This document shows, in pieces, positions 1-4,620 of a stretch of DNA of 5,097 nucleotides. Position 1 is the first letter of the stretch. Each line of letters begins with the position of its first letter. The translations under genes were made by a program, and so were the position numbers. Below the pieces are notes generated by a model, which was not told the origin of the DNA, ran no database searches, and saw nothing but the letters and a program-made list of their open reading frames with translations. The stretch is from assembly GCA_964565125.1 (NCBI GenBank), contig CAZMCX010000058.1:1-5097 (forward strand), in the 5' to 3' direction. This DNA is from an uncultured archaeon (lineage in GTDB: Archaea > Iainarchaeota > Iainarchaeia > Iainarchaeales > 0-14-0-20-30-16).

Positions 1-19
1 GGGGCTTTTTCTATTTTTT
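1..19 (+). terminator. Possible oligo-T terminator of an off-window upstream + strand gene
   Basis: The window opens with GGGGC followed by T5 (6-10) and T6 (14-19). Oligo-T tracts are the usual archaeal termination signal. The gene and any preceding structure lie outside the window. Confidence 0.25.
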
Positions 20-70
20 AAATTAGCAAACAAAACACAAAACATATATACCACAAAATTACTTTAATAT

Positions 71-86
71 TATAAATTAATTAAAA
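71..86 (+). promoter_or_regulatory. Candidate TATA-box region for the thymidine kinase gene
   Basis: TATAAATTAATTAAAA lies 22-37 nt upstream of the ATG at 108, and no clear Shine-Dalgarno motif lies between. The AT-rich background makes this weak. Confidence 0.3.
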
Positions 87-107
87 CTAATTTTAGCAGG
101 GATTATT

Positions 108-701
108 ATGAAACTGGGGAAGAAAAGAGGATCTATTGAAGTAGTATGTGGACCAATGTACTGCGGTAAGACTGAAGAACTAATTAGAAGAGTAACTCGA
201 GCAAAAATTGCAAAACAAGAAACCCAAGTTTTCAAACACGAAATAGATTTAAGATACAATCTTGAAAAAGTTGCTTCCCACAGCAAAATGGTTTTAGATG
301 CAACCCCAGTAAAGGACAGCCAACAAATTCTAGAAATACTTAAATCAAATCCAAAGACAGAAGTAGCAGCAATAGATGAAGCCCAGTTTTTTGATATGGG
401 CCTTCCAAATATTTGCAACCAACTAGCAGAAAAAGGATTAAGAGTTATTGTAGTTGGATTAGATACGAATTTTCGTGGAGAACCTTTTGGACCGATGCCA
501 ACCCTTTTAGCAATTGCTGAAAAAGTAGACAAGTTATCAGCAGTTTGTATTAAGTGTGGAAAACCCGCAACTCGCAGTCAGCGTTTAATAAATGGAAAGC
601 CCGCATCTTACTCAGACAAAGTAGTTATTGTTGGTGCAAAAGAGATTTATGAAGCCCGTTGTCGTCATTGCCATGTTTGCAATAAAAGAAGCAAAACTTA
701 A
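108..701 (+). CDS. tdk: Thymidine kinase, TK1 family
   Basis: 197 aa. It has a P-loop GPMYCGKT (residues 15-22), AIDEAQFF (the DE.QFF motif), [15 protein letters not shown] (the GLD.DF.G.PF motif), and a C-terminal zinc-binding pair CIKCG ... CRHCH typical of TK1-type kinases. Length and motif order match the family. Confidence 0.9.
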   Translation: MKLGKKRGSIEVVCGPMYCGKTEELIRRVTRAKIAKQETQVFKHEIDLRYNLEKVASHSKMVLDATPVKDSQQILEILKSNPKTEVAAIDEAQFFDMGLPNICNQLAEKGLRVIVVGLDTNFRGEPFGPMPTLLAIAEKVDKLSAVCIKCGKPATRSQRLINGKPASYSDKVVIVGAKEIYEARCRHCHVCNKRSKT

Positions 702-751
702 AAAAGAATATAACAAATTCAGGCACATAATTTAAAACTTTGGTAAACTAA

Positions 752-760
752 TTATATAAA
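752..760 (+). promoter_or_regulatory. Candidate TATA box for the FKBP gene
   Basis: TTATATAAA is centred ~23 nt upstream of the ATG at 779. A GGAG at 767-770 could instead be a ribosome-binding site if transcription starts further upstream, and the two readings are mutually exclusive. Confidence 0.35.
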
Positions 761-778
761 TAATTTGGAGTTGATTTC

Positions 779-1348
779 ATGGCAGGTACTAAAAAGAAGG
801 TTGAAAAAAAAGTGGAGAAGAAGGATTTACCCCCTACAAAAATAGGCAAACCAAAAAATAATGATTATGTAGCAGTGGAATATACAGGTAAGTTCACTGA
901 TGGAAAAGTATTTGATTCTTCCAAAGGAAGAGACCCCCTTGTATTCCAAATTGGGGCAGGAATGGTAATAAAAGGCTTTGACGATGCAGTTAAAAGATTA
1001 GAGGTAGGAAAATCAAAAGAAGTTACTATCAAAGCAGCAGAAGCTTATGGAGAAAAGAACACAAAAGAAGTTAAGATCCCAAAAGCAGCATTCCAAGACC
1101 AAAACATAATAAAAGAAGGCCTAGAAACCGAAATGATGACTAACATGGGTCCAATGCATCTAAAAATCAGCAAAATAGAAAAAGATACTATTTCTGCAGT
1201 TCTAAACCACCCTTTAGCAGGGAAGGATTTAGTTTTTGAAATTAAGCTAGTAAAAGTCCTAAGCAAAGAAGAAGTAAAAAAATTGCAAGAGCATTCCTGC
1301 AGTTGCGGGTGCGGGCATGACGATTGTAAAGATGACTGTAATTGCTAA
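779..1348 (+). CDS. slyD: FKBP-type peptidyl-prolyl cis-trans isomerase, SlyD-like (FKBP domain split by an insert-in-flap chaperone domain), with a Cys/His-rich C-terminal tail
   Basis: 189 aa. VAVEYTGKFTDGKVFDSS...PLVFQIGAGMVIKGFDDAV...GKSKEVTI..AEAYGE is the FKBP core. NHPLAGKDLVFEIKLVKV matches the SlyD NHMLAGQNLKF..V.V strand that follows an inserted ~45-aa flap domain. The tail EHSCSCGCGHDDCKDDCNC (1289-1345) has 7 Cys and 2 His. The N-terminal extension is Lys-rich (KKKVEKKVEKK). Confidence 0.88.
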   Translation: MAGTKKKVEKKVEKKDLPPTKIGKPKNNDYVAVEYTGKFTDGKVFDSSKGRDPLVFQIGAGMVIKGFDDAVKRLEVGKSKEVTIKAAEAYGEKNTKEVKIPKAAFQDQNIIKEGLETEMMTNMGPMHLKISKIEKDTISAVLNHPLAGKDLVFEIKLVKVLSKEEVKKLQEHSCSCGCGHDDCKDDCNC

Positions 1349-1354
1349 ACAAAG

Positions 1355-1364
1355 ATATTTATTT
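1355..1364 (+). promoter_or_regulatory. Candidate TATA box for the orphan charged-protein gene
   Basis: ATATTTATTT is centred ~33 nt upstream of the internal ATG at 1392 and immediately follows the slyD stop codon (1346-1348). Confidence 0.25.
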
Positions 1365-1391
1365 CTTCCTTCCTTATTCTTTCTGATTGTT

Positions 1392-2117
1392 ATGCCGCCA
1401 AACCCCCTAATAAAACACATTGCTAAACTAAAACACTTAAATTATCTACACAAAAAGCTTATTGATGCTTCAATAAACAGTGGCCTACCCCCCATAAAGC
1501 TAAAAGAAGGGCGTGAAATGCTAAAAAAGAGGCGCGGGTTGGTAAGGCAATTAATTGCAGAATTAAGCGAAGAAGAAACACAAGAAACACACAGAGAATA
1601 TAAAAGACGAATAGGAAAAACAAGTTTTGAAAAACAAAGGGTAAAAGCCTATCAACAAAGCACGGCAGGCAGAGAAAATAAAAGGCGATTTGCAAGACAG
1701 TATTACCAAGAACACCGAGAACAAAAACTAAGACAACAAAAAGAATACGATCAAAGTGAAAAAGGGCAGGTTGCAAGAGAAATCTCGAGAGCCAGAGACA
1801 AGCTAAAATATATTATCACCGGAGACAGAGGATATGCCCCCAATGCTAACAACTTAATACATATCCTCGGAATGGTGTTATCACAAAAAGAAATAAATTC
1901 TATAAGCCCACTTTTTGAACGCCTTAGAAAAGAAGAGTATCACACAATTTTAAAGGCATTATACAACGCAGAAATACTCTATAACCTAGAAATAAACCTA
2001 CATAATTTTATAACTATAAGAGAAACACTAATAAAAGCAGGACGATTCTCCACCCCAAAAGTAGAACAAGTACTTATAGCAATAAGCAACCTATTACAAA
2101 AAAGATTGCACTTATAG
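1392..2117 (+). CDS. Hypothetical protein: Lys/Arg/Glu/Gln-rich central region with Tyr-periodic repeats and a helical C-terminal domain
   Basis: The long ORF 1317-2117 has sense-strand purine richness like its neighbours. I place the start at ATG 1392 (MPPNPLIKH...) because codons 1317-1391 overlap the slyD 3' end and encode a low-complexity hydrophobic stretch. I recognise no family motif. Confidence 0.6.
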   Translation: MPPNPLIKHIAKLKHLNYLHKKLIDASINSGLPPIKLKEGREMLKKRRGLVRQLIAELSEEETQETHREYKRRIGKTSFEKQRVKAYQQSTAGRENKRRFARQYYQEHREQKLRQQKEYDQSEKGQVAREISRARDKLKYIITGDRGYAPNANNLIHILGMVLSQKEINSISPLFERLRKEEYHTILKALYNAEILYNLEINLHNFITIRETLIKAGRFSTPKVEQVLIAISNLLQKRLHL

Positions 2118-2129
2118 ATTATTTGCTTA

Positions 2130-2330
2130 CTTCTTTTCTAATTATTAATTGTCAACTACCTCTCCCTAAAGGAAGAGACTTGTAAGTAATCTCCGACTCA
2201 ATCCAGCATTTCTACTGCTTTGCCATCAACAATTCCTACATTTGGATTATTGACTAAACCCTGCAAAAAATCGGTTCTACCAATTCTTGCGATATTTCTT
2301 GAAGCATTCAAATCGGCATCTAATTGAAAA
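2130..2330 (-). ncRNA. Predicted omega RNA (reRNA) of the TnpB element: scaffold overlapping the tnpB 3' end and right end, with the guide read out of the flank
   Basis: The call is by analogy with characterised TnpB systems. The tnpB stop (2198-2200) is ~20 nt from the RE hairpin. As - strand RNA the hairpin reads CUCUUCC-UUUA-GGGAGAG and is fully paired, including one U.G wobble. RNA ends are not determinable from sequence alone, so the coordinates are approximate. Confidence 0.35.
2160..2177 (-). repeat. Subterminal imperfect palindrome, putative right end (RE) hairpin
   Basis: The + strand reads CTCTCCC-TAAA-GGAAGAG. Pairs are 2160-2163 with 2174-2177 and 2165-2166 with 2171-2172, with one C.A mismatch (2164/2173) and loop TAAA. 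It lies downstream of the tnpB stop in the tnpB sense direction. Confidence 0.6.
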
Positions 2331-3340
2331 CCACACTCAACACATTTGAAAATATTGCCAGCACGGTTTGTCTTTTCAATACAGCCACATTTACTACACT
2401 GTTGGCTTGTGTAATCGGGTTTTATGTGAATTACGCTTTTACCCCGTCTTTCGGATTTGTATTGTATAAAAGATTGTAATTGTGCAAAACTCCAATTACC
2501 TATCATTCTATTTAGTTTTTTGTTGTATGTTTTTGTGTTGTTTCTAATGTTTTTCAAATTTTCAAGAGCAAATACAGTATTGTTGGTATTTACTATTTTT
2601 TTACTTGTACAATGATTTACATTACGAACAAAACGGTTTTCCTTTCCACTAATTTTTTTTAATAGTCTTTTAGCAGACTTGGTGCCTTTTCTCTGTAAAT
2701 CGCGCTTCAATTTTTGATATTTGCCTTTTATATTTTTCAAAGGGTTAGAATGATAAAATGCGTTATCGCTTGTAACGGCTATTTTTTTAATGCCTAAATC
2801 AATTCCTAATACCTTACATTCTTTTTGTTTGGGGGGTAAATCTTGATACATTTGAATATTAATGTAATAATTCTTATCTTTGCGTCTGATTAATTGTGCA
2901 TTTGTGTAAATCCAATCGTTATATTGCTCATAATATTTAGCTAATTTAAACGGTAATTTTATCCGTCCAAAAGTAGTATTTATTGATATTATGTTTTTAT
3001 CAAACATAATACTTAAACATCTTTTATCATACCTTATTCCTGAATACGGTTGTTTAATTGGGTTTAATAATTGCCTTTTTGATTTAATTGTTCTTTTCAA
3101 TATTTCACTTGCTTGGTCTCTTGCTGTTTGTAACATTGCACTACTGAATTTAGGATATTGTTCTCTTAGCATTTTATAGGTTCCATAATGTAATTTATTT
3201 TTATTCCAAGTTTTTTGTTTCCAACCATAATCCATTATCTGTTGGCATATTTTATTGAATGTTCTCATTGTATAATCTAATTCTTGGAATTTACCTAATT
3301 TTATTATTACTGTTGTAAATTGTTTACCACTTAATATCAT
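2198..3340 (-). CDS. tnpB: TnpB (IS605 OrfB-type) RuvC-like, putatively RNA-guided DNA endonuclease
   Basis: 380 aa. RuvC-I is GIDLGI (D181, codon 2798-2800). RuvC-II is FALENL (E260, codon 2561-2563). The zinc ribbon is CSKCG...CVECG (C315, C318, C333, C336). RuvC-III is DADLNASRNIA (D343, codon 2312-2314). Motif order and spacing are canonical, and the reading frame is uninterrupted. Confidence 0.92.
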   Translation of the reverse strand: MILSGKQFTTVIIKLGKFQELDYTMRTFNKICQQIMDYGWKQKTWNKNKLHYGTYKMLREQYPKFSSAMLQTARDQASEILKRTIKSKRQLLNPIKQPYSGIRYDKRCLSIMFDKNIISINTTFGRIKLPFKLAKYYEQYNDWIYTNAQLIRRKDKNYYINIQMYQDLPPKQKECKVLGIDLGIKKIAVTSDNAFYHSNPLKNIKGKYQKLKRDLQRKGTKSAKRLLKKISGKENRFVRNVNHCTSKKIVNTNNTVFALENLKNIRNNTKTYNKKLNRMIGNWSFAQLQSFIQYKSERRGKSVIHIKPDYTSQQCSKCGCIEKTNRAGNIFKCVECGFQLDADLNASRNIARIGRTDFLQGLVNNPNVGIVDGKAVEMLD

Positions 3341-3360
3341 ATGTTATTAATAATCACGGC

Positions 3361-3370
3361 TTATTTATAT
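3361..3370 (-). promoter_or_regulatory. Candidate TATA box for tnpB, inside the left end
   Basis: The - strand reads ATATAAATAA, centred ~26 nt upstream of the tnpB ATG (first base 3340). No Shine-Dalgarno motif lies between, which is consistent with a leaderless mRNA. Confidence 0.4.
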
Positions 3371-3394
3371 CCTTTTTGGTTTTGTACGATTCAT

Positions 3395-3414
3395 CTCCTG
3401 CCTAAAGGAAGGAG
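3395..3414 (-). repeat. Subterminal imperfect palindrome, putative left end (LE) hairpin
   Basis: The + strand reads CTCCTGCC-TAAA-GGAAGGAG. Pairs are 3395-3399 with 3410-3414 and 3401-3402 with 3407-3408, with one G.A mismatch (3400/3409) and the same TAAA loop. Relative to the RE hairpin it has one extra nucleotide on each arm, so pairing is preserved. Confidence 0.6.
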
Positions 3415-3478
3415 TCTTCTCGGACTTCTGATAAAAGTTTTTTCCTAATTCTTTTTATATTCGAAGAAAGTCACTAAT

Positions 3479-4513
3479 TTAATCAATACAAAAAGCGCTC
3501 AGGATATTAGACTCGCCATCATATACCTCATTTTGTCCTTTTTTAAATTCACCATAATACATTCTATACCCATTACCAATTTTTATTACATCAGGGTCAG
3601 TAATCAGGCCGCCATGTGTGCTTGGTTCAACTAATTTAGTTTTGTCTAACACAAAATTAATTCCATCATTAGAACTTGCACTAGTTATCCATTGCTCACC
3701 AACACCAAACTCATCAGCAAATGTTGTAAAAAATAATTTATAACTATTGTTATCCAGCTTAACAATATCAAGATCTATTGCAATCTTTCCAAGATCTAGA
3801 TTTGTTTCTTTGACCCATATTAGCCCATCATCATCAGATAAGGCGGTTGCAGAAGTTATTCCTCTTGTATAATACATACGCAGCCTTCCATCATCTAATC
3901 TAATAATTTCCGGAACAGAAGTAAAAAGTTCACCTGGTTTTCCATCACCAATATCCTGAAACCTCACTCCCTCTTCTATTATCCAAATCATTCCATCTGA
4001 AGATATTGCACTATAAAGTTTTCTTGTCTGTTTATTTGGGTGCATTTTGCTACCTTCAAAAATCATTCTATATTTGTTATCTTTTGTTTTAAAGACTGAG
4101 GGATTACTTACCATATCTACATCACTTATATCTTTTGCACTAATTATATTTTTTACATAATAAAAATCCAATCCATCACCAGATTTTGCAAGTTCTATTC
4201 CATTCCCGGTATAATACATCCAATACTGATTATCTTGAAAAATAGTACTAGAACTTATCCCTGAAATTCGAATACCATCCTCTTTTTTCCAAGATTGGAG
4301 TTTAGGAACCAGGACAATCACATCCTTTGGAGCAATTATTTCTTCTTGCATAATATTAGCTTCTGTTTGTTGTTCTATCAGGGGCAAATCTATTTTTTCG
4401 TTGTTTATATCTAAATTGTTATCTTGTGAGTTTGTGGGGCTTTTAACACAGCCGCTTATAAACAAAAGAAAAATTAATAAAATCATTATTAGAAAAATAT
4501 AATTCAAATTCAT
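3479..4513 (-). CDS. Putative lipoprotein: five-bladed beta-propeller with Asp-box (BNR)-like repeats, glycoside-hydrolase/sialidase-like fold; activity unknown
   Basis: 344 aa. The N-terminal hydrophobic signal ends in a lipobox-like ISGC (C22, codon 4448-4450). Five repeats of ~50-60 aa are centred on YWMYYTG (97-103), YRMIFEG (148-154), LRMYYTR (211-217), YKLFFTT (258-264) and YRMYYGE (316-322). Four of them are followed by S-x-D-G-x-x-W/F motifs: SGDGLDF (111-117), SSDGMIW (171-177), SDDDGLIW (226-233) and SSNDGINF (280-287). Confidence 0.8.
   Translation of the reverse strand: MNLNYIFLIMILLIFLLFISGCVKSPTNSQDNNLDINNEKIDLPLIEQQTEANIMQEEIIAPKDVIVLVPKLQSWKKEDGIRISGISSSTIFQDNQYWMYYTGNGIELAKSGDGLDFYYVKNIISAKDISDVDMVSNPSVFKTKDNKYRMIFEGSKMHPNKQTRKLYSAISSDGMIWIIEEGVRFQDIGDGKPGELFTSVPEIIRLDDGRLRMYYTRGITSATALSDDDGLIWVKETNLDLGKIAIDLDIVKLDNNSYKLFFTTFADEFGVGEQWITSASSNDGINFVLDKTKLVEPSTHGGLITDPDVIKIGNGYRMYYGEFKKGQNEVYDGESNILSAFCID
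4448..4513 (-). other. Signal peptide with lipobox (lipoprotein-type)
   Basis: The sequence is MNLNYIFLIMILLIFLLFISG|C, a long uncharged hydrophobic core followed by I-S-G-C. The region after the Cys is polar and linker-like (SPTNSQDNNLDINNEK). Confidence 0.6.
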
Positions 4514-4536
4514 ATTGATAAATAAAAATTAACTTC

Positions 4537-4546
4537 TTTATAAATT
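4537..4546 (-). promoter_or_regulatory. Candidate TATA box for the beta-propeller lipoprotein gene
   Basis: The TTTATAAA core (4537-4544) is centred ~27 nt upstream of the ATG (first base 4513), and there is no SD-like motif. Confidence 0.35.
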
Positions 4547-4590
4547 ATTCGTTTAGATAATAAGGCCTGGGTTTTTACTATTATCATAAC

Positions 4591-4600
4591 ATATATAAAA
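4591..4600 (+). promoter_or_regulatory. Candidate TATA box for the 135-aa orphan gene
   Basis: ATATATAAAA is centred ~26 nt upstream of the ATG at 4621, and there is no SD-like motif. Confidence 0.35.
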
Positions 4601-4620
4601 AATAAATCCCTTATTTTATT

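Larger units (their letters stand above)
2150..3432 (-). mobile_element. IS200/IS605-family, tnpB-only (IS1341-like) insertion element; boundaries approximate (+/- ~15 nt)
   Basis: A single TnpB ORF is flanked on the same strand by two related imperfect hairpins (2160-2177 and 3395-3414) that share an identical 11-mer, CCTAAAGGAAG. Each hairpin is followed by the box CTCSGACT (2191-2198 and 3419-3426). There are no inverted terminal repeats and no tnpA, as expected for this family. The element sits in an intergenic gap between unrelated genes. Confidence 0.6.

Noticed and set aside
77-532. 151-aa ORF on the - strand
   Set aside because: It lies entirely antisense to the strongly supported thymidine kinase gene. 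Its composition is low-complexity and Ser/Ile/Phe-rich, typical of a shadow ORF in AT-rich DNA, and it has no motifs.
767-770. GGAG 8 nt upstream of the slyD ATG as a Shine-Dalgarno site, and hence a bacterial-style operon reading
   Set aside because: It is the only such motif among six starts, and it would be excluded from the transcript if the TATA box at 752-760 is used. I kept it as an alternative in the promoter feature but not as a separate call.
1045-1266. 73-aa ORF on the - strand
   Set aside because: It is an antisense shadow inside the FKBP/SlyD gene, with no independent start context or motifs.
1317-1391. Upstream extension of the orphan ORF (start at 1317 or 1332) overlapping the slyD 3' end
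   Set aside because: It would overlap slyD by up to 32 nt and add an odd hydrophobic peptide (MTIVKMTVIAKQRYLFLPSLFFLIV). The ATG at 1392 follows a TATA-like box and a T-rich post-slyD tract, so it is the more plausible start. I cannot exclude the longer form.
1459-1776. 105-aa ORF on the - strand
   Set aside because: It is antisense to the purine-rich charged region of the 1392-2117 gene. Its Leu/Phe/Val-rich translation is the expected complement artefact of a Lys/Glu/Gln-rich sense frame.
2265-2270. The only run of 5 or more T residues on the tnpB sense strand (T6 on the - strand, codons GAT TTT TTG), ~115 nt upstream of the presumed RE; considered as an internal terminator or omega-RNA boundary signal
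   Set aside because: Termination here would yield a stop-less tnpB mRNA. The run is explained by the Asp-Phe-Leu codons, and there is no supporting structure. It is noted only as something RNA-seq would settle.
2991-3179. 62-aa ORF on the + strand
   Set aside because: It is an antisense shadow inside tnpB, with no support.
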